Assembly (NCBI GenBank): GCA_003990765.1
Contig: RBNJ01000055.1
Location: forward strand, 1 to 45,980
Source: Jimgerdemannia flammicorona
Lineage: Eukaryota
Length of the DNA stretch: 45,980 nt
Reading direction: 5' to 3'
In this document: positions 22,972-35,800 of the stretch, piece after piece
Numbering within the stretch: the stretch's first letter is position 1
Layout: each line of letters starts with the position of its first letter
The notes under the pieces: model-generated
Database searches by the model: none
Told to the model about the DNA's origin: nothing
What the model saw: the letters and a program-made list of their open reading frames with translations, nothing else
Position numbers and translations under genes: made by a program

Positions 22972-23623
22972 GGCCCCCTTCACTAATGCAAATGGTGGGC
23001 CTTGGAGGCATATGCTTTCATATAGCCAAACCTACTCCGCTTCATCCCCTATACACATTCTACATTTTATGCTTCATAATCCCCCCTTTTCTACTTCATT
23101 GAATTGGTCACTCAATAGACACTTTGATATAGTTATGAATGCAATTCAAACTTCAGCAAAGTGGCTGAGAGCCGCTTAACATTATGCAGAACAATCATGT
23201 AATTTCCCCTTGGCAGACTTAGTTTAACTCATTTCATGCAGTTTCTTGTCCCTTTCTATGCCAAAGATAACTTAGCTAGTGGTGTTTTAAAAATATGCCA
23301 ACCATTAATGCGAGTTAGTAACAATGTAATCAGTCCAGTGACTGAGTATTTATCACATCTCAGCTAATCAGGCATATACTATGCCAAGTTGCAATTAGTT
23401 ACTAGTATTTATAATCAGTTTGCATAACCCTCTCACCCATCCCCTTTTAGTAGTATATAATAAAAGAAGGCCCTCTTCGCTAATATGAATGGTGGGCCTT
23501 GGAGGCATATACTTCCATATAGCCAAACCTACCTCACTTCATCTCCTATATATATTCTACATTTTACGCTTCATAATCCCCCCTTTTCTACTTCGTTGAA
23601 TTAGTTACTCGATAGACACTTTG
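22972..23623 (+). repeat. Ngaro 3' repeat block B1-A2-(42-bp spacer)-B2
   Basis: B units of 155 bp flank the second A copy. Confidence 0.92.
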
Positions 23624-25109
23624 TTAAAGTTTGAGATATATTTACCAAAGTTAGAACAAATATAAGCTGTAGAATTATTATCTTCTAAATAAATATATTT
23701 TTTTATATAGATTATACTAGAGATACTTGAAAATATTTATAATATATTCAGAGTAGTGTGGATTATAAGGAGGTTGATTTTTTTTTTTTTACCATCTTCA
23801 TTATACTGAATCTCTTTATTATTATCAAGTATATACTCTAGTACTTAATAAATAAATCTTGATAATATGCCCTCTGACAGTAGCTTTAAAAGATCTATTC
23901 AGATCTTCTTTATTTTGGTTTAATCTTTCAAGCATCCTGGCAAGAGGCTTTTGATATCTAGAAAGATAAATAAGAGACAGTTCCAAAGCCTTTCTTTAGA
24001 TTTTTCATTAGTCTGAGAAATTTCTTTATCATACTTTAAAAAAATAAATAAATATAAATATATTTCATATATAGTCTGAATATTTATCTTAGAATGTAAA
24101 TATTGAGTATTATCAAGATATGGTATATTGACTAGAAGTAGTTTAGTAAATTTATACTAATTGAAAATACTTGAGAATATATTTTTGAGAAATATATATA
24201 AAGTTATGAATTTTAATCTTCTTTGACTTTCTAATCTACTTAGTTCTAGAATAAAATATAAAATAAATATATTTTTTTTAAATTATATTTTAATATAGAA
24301 TAAATATTTTTTAATCTTTATATCTGATCAAAGATACTTATTGAGTCTTCATTACATCTATATATATGTATTGGTAAAATTGAGAATTATTCCAATATAT
24401 AATTCTCCTTTTCTTTCTTACTCCAAGTTGTTTGAGAACTCTGAAAATATTTTAATAATAATTTTTAGCTACTAAATATATATTTATTTAATTTTAATTT
24501 ATATTATATATATATATATAACTACTTATATATATTGAATCTGAACTCTCAGACTCATTATCATAATTTCAATTATTTGAATTCTCTCTAGAATAGTACC
24601 CAGTATCTATTTCTTAACTATAATATAGAGTAGTAATAGTGGGAGATACTATTGTAGTATATAGTAAGAGTTATTATAATTAACTTGAGATTTCAGAACC
24701 TATATATAATAAAGAATATTAGTAAAATTGAAAAGAGAAGAGAATTAAAAGTAGATAGATATTATACTTAGGTTGTTAAGTTGATATTATTTATAAATTA
24801 CATCAATATCATCTTCTTCTATAATAATTCTTTTTTGCTTTTTCTGAATATTATACTTAATCTAAAACTTAGAGGCTGGCTCTACAAGTTGCTCAAAACT
24901 CTTATGACTTCATTTGACCTAGTTATTGTTCTAGTTATCAGTCAGAATTATATATTTATTGCTAGAGTATATTTTTGATAACATGGTTAGTTCTAAATTA
25001 TAATATATATAAATGGATAAGTTTTGGAAATAATAAAAATAATAAATATAATTTTGAATAAATACATAGAAGTAACTCAAAAATTTATCTAAAGTTATTA
25101 GATAGTAGA

Positions 25110-25430
25110 TGACAATTGTAACAATGATAAATCTGAATTACTGAATAATATAGATGATAGGTAATAATGAATCTGAGATTCTGAATAATGGATGATAATA
25201 AATCTGAGCCACTGGATAACAGGCAATAAATCTGAGCTACTAGATGATGAATAATAAATCTAAGCTACTGGTAATGATGAATCTGATACGATGGCTAGAC
25301 AATAGACAATAATGAATCTGATGAGATGGCTAAACAATGAACAATGATAAATCTATATTACTAAATAATAGATAATAAATCTGAGCTACTGGATGATAGA
25401 TAATAATGAATATAAGCTACTAGACTACAG
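25110..25430. repeat. ~35-bp degenerate minisatellite
   Basis: AATAAATCTGAGCTACTGGATGATAG-like units. Confidence 0.75.
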
Positions 25431-25439
25431 GTCAATAGT

Positions 25440-26290
25440 CAATTTACTTTGTATGTTGTAAGATTGGTCTAGTGATATTCTTGACTCAATAGTTGATTCA
25501 GTGCTTATTTGCTTTATATAATCTAATGATTTCTTAGCTCAATAGTCAAATTAGTACTTATTTGCTTTATCTAGTCTGATAATATTCTTAGCTCAATAGA
25601 TGATTCAGTACTTCTTCACTTTATAGTAAAATTGGTCTGATGATATTCTTAGCTTAATATTTAATTTAACACTTCTTTGTTTTGTGGTAGGATCAGTCTA
25701 ATAATATTCTTAGCTCAAGCACTCCTTTACTTTATAGCAGGATTGATCTGATGATATTCTTAACTCAATATTCAATTCAGCACTTCTTTGCTTTATGGTA
25801 GAATTGGTCTGGTAAAATTCTTGGCTCAAGTACTCCTTTACCTTATAGTAGAATTGGTCTGATGATGATCTTGGCTTAAGCACTTCTTTGCTTTATAGTA
25901 GAATTGATCCAGTAATGTTCTTGGCTCAAGAACTCCTTTGTTTTATAGCAGGATTGGTCTGATGATATTCTTGGCTCAATATTTAATTTAGTACTTCTTT
26001 GCTTTATGATGGAATTAATCTAGTGACATTCTTGGCTCAAGCACTTCTTTACTTTATAGCAGGATTTGTCCAGTGATATTCTTGGCTCAATATTCAATTC
26101 AGTACTCTTTTACTTTATAACAGAATCAGTTTGATGACATTCTTAGCTCAATAGTTAATTTAGCACTCCTTTATATTATAGCAAGATTGGTTTAGTGATA
26201 TTCTTGGCTCAATATTAGATTTAGCACTTCTTTGCTTTATGGTGGGATCAGTCTGAACTCAATAGTCAATTTGGTACTTGTTTGCTTTGT
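25440..26290. repeat. Minisatellite mixing 61-bp and 50-bp units (~14 copies)
   Basis: TTCTTGGCTCAA[TATTCAATTCA]GCACTTCTTTGCTTTATAGCAGGATTGGTCTGATGATA; 11-bp optional block. Confidence 0.88.
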
Positions 26291-26920
26291 AGAGTTAGAG
26301 AATAAATATCAGATAGTAAAATAATAACAATAGGTAATAGCTCTTTTAATACAGAGTTAAGATGCATTATATAAATTATACTATAGATCTCATCATTCTT
26401 GTGTCACACTATCTATTACTTATATATTTTATAAGTACAAACTTACATATATCTCTCTTAATATCTTATCCACTCTCATCTCTACTAGTGAAGTTTCTCT
26501 TTTCTTAAAGATCTCTCTACCCTCTCTTTCTATATAGATTCCTTCACTTTTAATATTATCCTCCCACTAACTGTCTCTATTCTCTATCTACTATCTACTA
26601 CTCTTTTCTACTCTGTAAATTTCTCTTCTATCTCTCATCGCTCATTGTCCAGAGGCTCAGATTTACCATTGCTCATTATTTAACCTGAATGTGAGTTTTT
26701 TGTGAGATTCAGGGAAGTCAATATTGAAGATAAGTATGTTATAATATTTAGATTTCTGGAAAATTATCTGATGTTTAATCACATTTATATAAGTAGCTCA
26801 ATGTTCCGCGACCACATGTTCAACGGTCTCCTGCGTGCGATCATAACACGATCCAGTTTCTCAAGGTCATTAAGCTCAACAACAGCAATGTACCCTTCCT
26901 CAAACTGCTTTAGAAGTCTC

Positions 26921-27120
26921 GCCAACTCTCGCGCCAACACTCTTGCCAACCCTCTTGCCAACACTCTTGCCAACACTCTTGCCAACACTCTTGCCAACAC
27001 TTCCTGCCAACACTCTTGCCAACATTCTTGCCAACACTCTTGCCAACACTCTTGCCAACACTCTCGCTAATACTCTCGCCAACACCTCGCCAATACTCTC
27101 GCCAATACTCTCGCCAACAC
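26921..27120. repeat. 12-bp tandem repeat GCCAACACTCTT (~17 copies)
   Basis: Direct; produces LANT/CQHS/LARV pseudo-ORFs; two units differ by 1 nt in length. Confidence 0.95.
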
Positions 27121-27499
27121 TGTCGAGTGTCTTATAATCACGGAGGGCAAGTGTATCGGGCATCACTCTTGCCGAAGTCATCGCTGCTTGTCACTCTCTT
27201 CGTTTTTTCGACGTCTCTCACTCCACCTCCCTGGCACCCGTGCCTCAGACAGTAGCTACGAGGTCGCAGCCGAAGAGGGCGACGGATGAGAAAAGCTTTG
27301 GGTTAAGAGACAGTTTGGCGGTTCTGCACAATTCAGCTGGCTTTGTTAAAAATTTTACTCTCAAAGTGTATGGTTCGGCTTATTTGAAAAATTTCAACTG
27401 CCGGTAGCACGCGTGTGAAGAAATTATATGAGGTGTCAAAAATGATTGAGAAACATCAAAAATATATCTTTAGAGTTGGATTCCCGAGAGATATACCAA

Positions 27500-28200
27500 C
27501 AGAAAATGATCGAAGTTTAATAGGAGGTGGAAGAACCGTAACAGACAGTGGAGTGCGGCAGTGCGATATCGTCAAATTCAAATTCCTCAGCATATACATT
27601 GGTTATATAGAATGGGAAACATGTTGCTTTGTTACACTGGTATATTTGGAAACGAAAAAGGCGAAAGAATATAATGGGCGAAGAGAACACGGTGAGTTGG
27701 GGAGGAAATAATGACAATCTTCAAAATTTTATAAACTGCCACGCAATTAAAAAAAAAAAGAAAATAGAAAAAAGAAAAATAAGATAATCTAAACTCTTTT
27801 GGTGGCAAAGTAATCATATAAAAAATATGGAAAAAGGGACGTGGATAACCAGTAGTTGTCGGAAACGTCGTACTGAAATTGTCAGTGGTCAGACCGTCCC
27901 CCAGAATCCATTTTGCCAAAATGGATCTCATTCTTACACTCGGTGTTCTCATGGTTATAGATGGTGCACTGCCCGATTTGCTAATATATATCGCTTTAAC
28001 ATGCTTTGTTGCAAGTGGGAGCTGGTACGTTGCAACAGTTGTTGAATTATTTGCTGAATATACAATGTTATAACTTGGACCTTGACAAACAATTAGCAAC
28101 TCAGGGAAGATCGTGTATTGTTGCCATTATGCCATATTTGTGGAAGTTGTGCTTGAGGTCCTCCAGTCTCTCGGATTTTGAAACTACCATATTGATCCTG
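27500..28200 (-). CDS. Candidate small multi-exon gene or fragment, unknown product
   Basis: Minus strand has an intron GTAAGA...CTGAC...TTCAG (~27934-27873) joining open exons GPSYNIVYSANNSTTVATYQLP...TPS and YDVSDNYW; further acceptor-like sites. Confidence 0.3.
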
Positions 28201-31200
28201 AAGACTTTTGGCAAGCATTCAAAATGATTGTTTTCAAATATATTGACATAATTAAAAGGCTCCTATTTCTTTGCTTAGAAATTATTTAGAACGAGACGAA
28301 ATTATGGGAGGCATTAAAATGCTTGAGAAATTTTTTTACAAATATTGTTTAGAGTTGAATATATGCAATTAAATCTAACATAGAGAATGCTATGTGATAC
28401 ATTATATGATATAGCGACTTATGCAGTCCTCCAAAAATGGAATTATAAAATCTATTTAGACGAGAACAGTAGAACGAAAGAATGACTCCTAAGCCTCTTA
28501 TCACCCGATTTAAAACCGAATATGTGAACACGTATACGTTCAGCAAAGTTTACGAAGCGCCAAAGGCACCTAAATTGCAAGAAATCGAAATAAATGATTT
28601 ACTACTCTATATATTTTAGCAAGAACGAAAACACCTGCACATCGTGGTGCCGAAACCGTAGTAATAATTTTAACCGGTTGTAGTTGCTCACATCGTGATG
28701 TTAAAGGCAGCGGCCGACTGAAAAGAAAAAACAGCAGAAAAGACAAAGAGGAAAACCCATTATTTATATTTTTTAATTTTTAATTTTTTTTTTTTTTTTT
28801 GACTTTTTTATGTGGAAGGTGAAGGAATCTGTTTTCATTTGCTTCAGAGGTAGTGAAATGTACGACTGATATGATTTTCAGTGTTTCAGAGAATAATGAG
28901 TTGTTGGGGTGATATTCTCTTCTGCTCGTGTGTTTATATAAATAAATTCTGAGGTCATCAAAAAGGGAGGGGCTTGCTTGGCATCACTCAATACCAAGCA
29001 GGGGGGTTACTCAAAAAGAGACCGGGATATCGAACTTGTGCCTATCAACGTTAGGGTGACGAGATCCCTCCCAGTGCACGTCAAATTGCAGTACTAATAT
29101 AACTCGCACCTGGCATGTTGCGTGGCGAGTGGGTCGAATTAGAATCAAAAGTTGGCGGGGTTTGACTAACACTGCCTGATATCCATACCTCGGTAGAACA
29201 TCACATGCCTCCCCAGCACCACCAGGCGGTACCGATTCAGCATCAAAATGCTCGTAATCGAACACGTGTTGGTCACGATGGGAAACGCTCGCGGTTTTTT
29301 TATCCGAAATCGGAGCGACAAAGCAGAGGTCGAAGTTCATCGCTGACAATTGAGAGGCCAAGGATGGAGGTTGCGAATCATGCCCCGACGAAATGAAATA
29401 TTTCGAGTTTTTTGTTAGGAGGGTCGCTTGAGACCTATGTCATTTGAAACGGGCTCCAACCATTTGTTCGATTTGGGCATATTATCGTACTATTATACCA
29501 CAGGTCGTTTGTATATTGTACGCCTTGTTGACATCATTTTATATTTATACACTGATTGACACGCCGTTTCTCTAAGGTTGAATGTATCCGGCGGAAGCAC
29601 GCTCAAAAATTCAATGACCGGCAAAGTCAGATCAATGCCGTTGAGACAAACTAAACGAGCATGTTACCGTGATCATCGATAGCCATCACTTCCCAGAGGA
29701 TAAAAGTAATGCAGCAAATTTAGAAAAGCAATACTTACACATCGCGGCGCCGAATCTCACTAGCCTCTGGAAACCCCTCTCCACTACATTTTTCCTTTCT
29801 ACACTTTCCTTCCTTCCTTCTTATTTTTACGCTCACTTCTGCCTTGCATACACAAGCCGAATGCCCTTGCCATACTTGCTCAAATCGTGATGTTGAAGGC
29901 GGCAGAGCAAAAATGGCGGGGGAAATACGGGTGGAAAATAATGATTATGTACCCCTTTTTATTATAATTTGATTTGTTATGTGGAGGTTGTGACGTGCCA
30001 GCCGACATAAATTTCCAGGGTAAGGCCGAACCCCTATTCCACCTCGGCGGAGGTTGCTCTCGACTGACCCAAAATACGTTGGATCCACAACGTTCCCGAT
30101 TACATCTACATTTACGTCTTGGTAGTACCATCTTCTCGCCCTAGCATCTTAATTAAATTTTCAAATGCGGCAAAGCCCTTCCCTTTTCCATCCCACCCCC
30201 CTTCACACCATCCCTTCTCTGTGGTTCTATTCCTTTCCGTGACCACCCAGCTCTTACCTTCCCGCGCACATCCACCCTTGTTCCTCAAAACGGATCCGCG
30301 TCAGTGGCGACTGTGGATATGAATGAATTTGCGACAGTGGCAGGTTTTCCTCTCGTGGTGGTGTTGAGATTGACCAACCTGGACTGGCCCTACTAACCCC
30401 GCACATGCTTTTCCTCCTACCACGCACGTCATTTCTCGTCAACTTCACTCAAGTATGTCGAGCCAACTGTGTAGTAATTCGTCAGGACGTCTTCCATGGA
30501 CAACGGTAGAATAGACATTGATGCTGGACGGGGTGTGCCTGTCGACGATAAGGCGCAATTACGGGCTGTAGTTCTGGTCGTGGTTCTGCAGAGAGCGGCG
30601 TTTTTCGAGATGGCGCCAGTCAACTTTTTCAAAGGTCAACGGTCCTGTGCGTTGGTGAAGAGTGGCGTATTTTAGCGAGTTGTGCTCAATCTCCAATATC
30701 GTCCGACCAGCTCCTTCTTCGACTTTATCGAATTCACACACGCGCTCCCAAAAAATACCTAACGCAACAAGATATCATATCGCATCGCAGCCTCAGCAAG
30801 CGCATGGTGGCGACAGACATGCCGTCTAATCCCTCAGCCGCAATTTCGTGATGCTTAACACATGTTCCGAACCAGACGCAGAGCAGTCAATATTGTTGGA
30901 TGCAAATTGTTGGCGTTTGTGTTAAGGAGTTTGGGGAAGCTGAAAATTGGAGATTCCGTAGAGCGGGAAGCACGGTCTTCAAATAATATTCATTCTACTA
31001 CTTTATAAACTAGTACTACGGCTGTATATTGTTTAATCATATCATTGCTGTATTTAATACTAATACGTTCGGTTAAGAATAGCGCTCCAAACACCTCCCG
31101 TAAAACAAACAAAAAAAAAACCCCCCCCCGTTATAGACAGAATTATCATTACAAAAAATGACAATTATTGGCGGAATAACGATTATAGGCAGAACGGTTA

Positions 31201-32215
31201 TGTTGTTTTTATTTTTATTTTTATTTTTAATTAATTATTTAATCTACTTAATTTATTTTATTTTCACGGTACATCTGAATGCCTATACCGGCATCAGGCT
31301 TGATACGTTGTTGCTCACGAAGTCGGCTTGGTTGTAGTACTCGTCATGGGCCACGTTTACTACGGGATGGCGAAAGGGCAGGTCGGATAGGGAGCGTTTT
31401 TCGAAGACCTTTGTTTATGTAGAGTCGTAGGTATGGAGAGGACAAAGGAAGGTGTCGATATTGTGTGCGAGATGCTCAATATGGGTGGGCAGCTTCATCT
31501 AACTTACGTCTTATAATCCACGCCCATCCCGGGCCAACAACCAATAAATAAAAATGACTACTTACCTACCACTCGTAACCCTCCCTATCCACCTTCAGTA
31601 TTCCTGCTCGCCATTGCTAGCAAGCGCAAAGTTGCGTGGCGAAGCCTGTCAGGAATTCATGGTTACATGAAAGAGAATTCATCGCTCGGAGTTCTCACAC
31701 ACACTCCCCAACCCATTCCTTCCCCTCCCTTCCTGTCCTCTCATTAAATGGAAGAATTTACATCCGTATTTTCGCTTCTTTGGAGCTGCGTTGACCTGCG
31801 TCATGGTCCTGCGTATTGTGTTCACGAGAATGGGGCTGCCAACGTCGGCTCATCCCAAGATCTGACGAGAAACAGGGGTTTCGGGTGACAGGTCTAGTTT
31901 AAGGCTGAGACGTACATAAGACGCAGCCGGAAACATTTGTAGCAATTTCTGGTGTGGCTTCCATATATTAATATGCCTTGGTCTTTCCCCCGTCAACATA
32001 TGGCTTGAGATCATTACCCAGTGATTAATGGATCGATCTTTCCCCACCAAGTGAAATAATTATCGCTCGATATTTCCCACTTTATAAGTAATTATACACC
32101 TGAAATCATTCATTAAATTCCGAGTTATACAAACTTTCTGTGAATTGAACAATCAAAACAAGCAGCCGATCAAAGCAGCTGATCAGCCACCCCGCCAAAC
32201 CCAACATCAACACCC

Positions 32216-32575
32216 ATGTCAAGTAAGTTTCTACAAGCTCAATAAACATAATTTCGTCGCTCATTCTACATTAACTATAGCCGTATCTCATATTACCTAG
32301 ACATGTTTTCCGAAAGTAACACTGTCAACTTCAGTACTGGAACTGCGTTTGCCGACACAACTGGTCACCAATTGAGGACTACCGGCGAGCGAGGAGGCAA
32401 CATCGCGAATTTAGTGAAAGGCATTGAAAACTTCAACACAAAAAGGGGACCGGCGTTCCTCGGATCCGTTTACAACAACAATCCTGGCGGATCAGTATAC
32501 TACGGTACGATATCTGAATGGGGTGGCTTCAACGTGTCCTTTCGCGTGGTGGAGAATTTAATGGAGTGTAGATAG
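32216..32575 (+). CDS. Small ~93-aa Gly/Asn/Thr-rich hypothetical protein, two exons (32216-32222, 32301-32575)
   Basis: CCCATGTCAA|GTAAGT donor; acceptor CCTAG at 32300 puts MSN in frame with ORF MFSESNTVNF...ECR*. Confidence 0.55.
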
Positions 32576-32899
32576 GGTTGGCCTGTCGAAAGCATTGCGT
32601 TAAATATACGACGAGACCGTTTAAAAAGGATGGGTGAGAGGGTTACGCGAAGACTTCTCAAAGTTGCGAAGGAACCCAGATTTTACGCTGGCCCCGAAGC
32701 CGCGACGTTGCCATTTTAGCAACAAGGCGCAGAGCGAGAAAACGTACTTTAAGAAGCCCAAGACGTAGCCCTACGAAATCACCGAACGCCGGGTTTATTT
32801 CCTAAAGTGACGTGATTCCCTTTAGCGGAAAGTCCAGTGTATAGATGTGGTTGCTGGAACGTATAAACTGCGGTGGTCTGGTAGTGTGCTCGCGCCAGC

Positions 32900-35800
32900 T
32901 GAATCACAAGGGTTGTCGGACGACGATGGTTAAGTCCTACGATTGTACTGGGAGATCGAGTTAGTCTTGCTTGTGTTGCAAGGGGCAGGTAGAAGAAGAG
33001 AGCAGGTCATATACGCAACGAGCAAAGAAAATTAAACCAAAAGCACAGAATATTTCAATGTAGTGGTAGGCACCAACGCCAGTTACCGTGATAGATGAAG
33101 ACCCCGCCGGGAGACCGCGCTCGCATATATAGAGATGATGGTTGTCACAATTTGCATCCAAAATGTAAATCAGTCAAAGTCGAAACTTTGCTTCCTGACA
33201 ATGAAGAACATTTATGCCACCTGCCTAACCATGGAAGCTTCATTGGAGTCAGAGTCAGAGGCAGACCGTTTCGTCCTTGCTCAAGGGACTCGTCAGCTGG
33301 CTTTCCTTGAAAAAGCAACCAAAACGGTCAGACCTCTAGAGTCACGTGGCGTGCTGGAGGGACTACGTCCCTCAGCCACGCGACCAAGGCAAAACCGAAA
33401 TATGTGAGTTCATTGCTCAAACTGATAGTCAAAGTCAATTTTTTGCAAGCTGACTATATAAGACATGGTATGCCATGACTACAGAAGGACATAGTATGCC
33501 ACCGTCATGACACTCCTGTTTTCCGGTCCTTGCAAGTGCACACAATTAAACCGAGGTCAATATATGTTGCTATTGCTGTAACTAAATGCCAGGAGGACAT
33601 CGCATGCACCGTCGCACATACTCCCTGCCTCCCTGCAAAGCAAGAGCTCAATACTGAGCCTCAACACTGAGCAGGGGTCTCGATACTGAGCAGAGCAGGT
33701 CTCGATCCTGACAAAAAGTGTACAAATATTGTACTCTTACAACATAGGTTTACATATGCTCGGACACACACAGGATTACATTCTCCCATGCTGGGATCCC
33801 ATTCTTCTATAGTCAGGAGAATGCAAAAAGAAAACTTGCCTTGAATTGGCGATTGCAGGTCCACAGTGAGGTGAGGCTCTAGAGAAGTGGAGGTTGATGA
33901 ATTTTTGTGAGAGGGTGCTGGAATGGCCAAACGACGATGGTAAAAGACGATGGTAAAAGACCGGCGAATGCACGGGAAGGTCGAGATAGTCTTGATTGTT
34001 TTGCACGAGGCAGGTCGAAAAAGGAAGCGGGGCAGGTATATATGCACACGCGCAAAGAAAAATTAGACTAACCTCTCAGAATATTTCAATGTCGTTGATA
34101 CCAGCGCCAGTTCCCGTGCTAAGTGAGACGCCGTCGCCAGAAGGCCGCGCTTGTATATATGGAGATGATGGAAGCTTCATTGGAGTCGGAATCAGAGGCA
34201 GACCGTTTCGTCCTTGCTCAAGAGACTCGTCAGCTGGCTTTCCTTGAAAAAGCAACCAAAACGGTCAGACCTCTAGAGTCACGTGGCATGCTGGAGGGAC
34301 TACGTCCCTCAGCCACGCGACCAAGGCAAAACCGAAATATGTGAGTTCATTGCTCAAACTGATAGTCAAAGTCAATTTTTTGCAAGCTGACTATAAGACA
34401 TGGTATGCCATGACTACAGAAGGACATAGTATGCCACCGTCATGACACTCCTGTTTTCCGGTCCTTGCAAGTGCACACAATTAAACCGATGTCAATATAT
34501 GTTGCTATTGCTGTAACTAAATGCCAGGTGGACATCGCATGCACCGTCGCACATACTCCCTGCCTCCCTGCAAAGCAAGAGCTCAATACTGAGCCTCAAT
34601 ACTGAGCAGGGGTCTCGATACTGAGCAGAGCAGGCCTCGATCCTGACGAAGAGTGTACAAATATTGTACTCTTACAACATAGGTTTACATATGCTCGGAC
34701 ACACAGGATTACATTCTCCCATAGTTGGGATCCCATTCTTCTATAGTCAGGAGAATGCAAAAAGAAAACTTGCCTTGAATTGGCGATTGCAGGTCCACAG
34801 TGAGGTGATGCTCTAGAAAAGTGGAGGTTGATGAATGTTAGTGAGAGGGAACGACAATGGGGAACGTGAAGCCTTTCTTGCGAATATTTTATCCTACCAA
34901 AATGTCGATGAGATTGGCTGGATGATTCGCGGGGCATGCGAGTCGGACAGAGTCTTGGCGGCTGACGGCCGTGTCCGTCTGCGCTGGACGCGGAGCAGGA
35001 CATGCTGGAATTCCAAACGACGACGGTAAACGACCTGCGGCTGCACGGGAAGATCGAGTTAGTCTTGCTTGTGTTGCACTGGGCAGATAGAAGAAGGGAG
35101 CGGGGCAGGTATATACGCACACGCGCGAAGAATAATTAAACTAACCGCTCAGAATATTTCAATGTAGTAGTAGGCACCAGCGCCAGTTGCTGTGATAGGT
35201 GAAGATGCCGCCGCCAGAAAGCTGCGCTCGCATACACGGATATGACGATCTTCACGATTGGCATCGTGACGATCGTCACCGGATGGCAACGGTGGAGAAG
35301 TGGCGAATTGTTAGAAAAATGCTAAATTAGTCGAATCTTTGCACTATGACTATAGAACATTGTATGCCACTCTTGATCCTGAAAAAGCGTGTACGAAATA
35401 TTGTACTCCCTACAGCATAATTTTATATATTCAAGGACATTCGCAGAATCCCATTCTTCTATAGTCAGGAGAACACAGAGAGACTGACCTTCAATTCGCG
35501 GTGGTAGGTCCACAGAGTGCGTTGGCGCTCTCGATCGGTAGAGGTCATTCATAACATGCATTTGTTGTGCCAGTGGTGAGAGGGCAGGAAGGAGTTGTTC
35601 CTATGGAAGGAATGTGAAAGAGTGAGCGGCGAAAGAAAGGAGTTCAAAACGGTCGCAATTCACTTCGAGGAGTGCGAAGCAAGAGCTCACCGATGTTCCA
35701 ACGCCAAAGGAGAGAGAGATGGTGACATGTGATGCCCAGGAATAGGAATAAATGACATCAGCACTATAACCTTGAACCATGGCAGTATGGGGATGGAGGG

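Larger units (their letters stand above)
18652..23623 (+). mobile_element. Full-length Ngaro-type (DIRS order) tyrosine-recombinase retrotransposon with split direct repeats A1-ORFs-B1-A2-B2
   Basis: A1 18652-~18951 = A2 23127-~23426; B1 22972-23126 = B2 23469-23623; gag-like, RT/RH and YR ORFs; no methyltransferase domain seen. Confidence 0.93.

Noticed and set aside
26702-27255. Overlapping ORFs with LANT/CQHS/LARV repeats
   Set aside because: A stop-free 12-bp repeat is open in several frames, and frame-breaking units occur; no coding frame can be supported
28974-29000. Hairpin TGCTTGGCAT-N6-ATACCAAGCA
   Set aside because: Single short stem without supporting context such as a U-tract or clear Helitron CTRR end
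30254-30741. Coding-like minus-strand segments (also 31290-31900, 43090-43500 and 45120-45320)
   Set aside because: Probably gene fragments with splice signals, but no family or coherent gene model could be supported by eye
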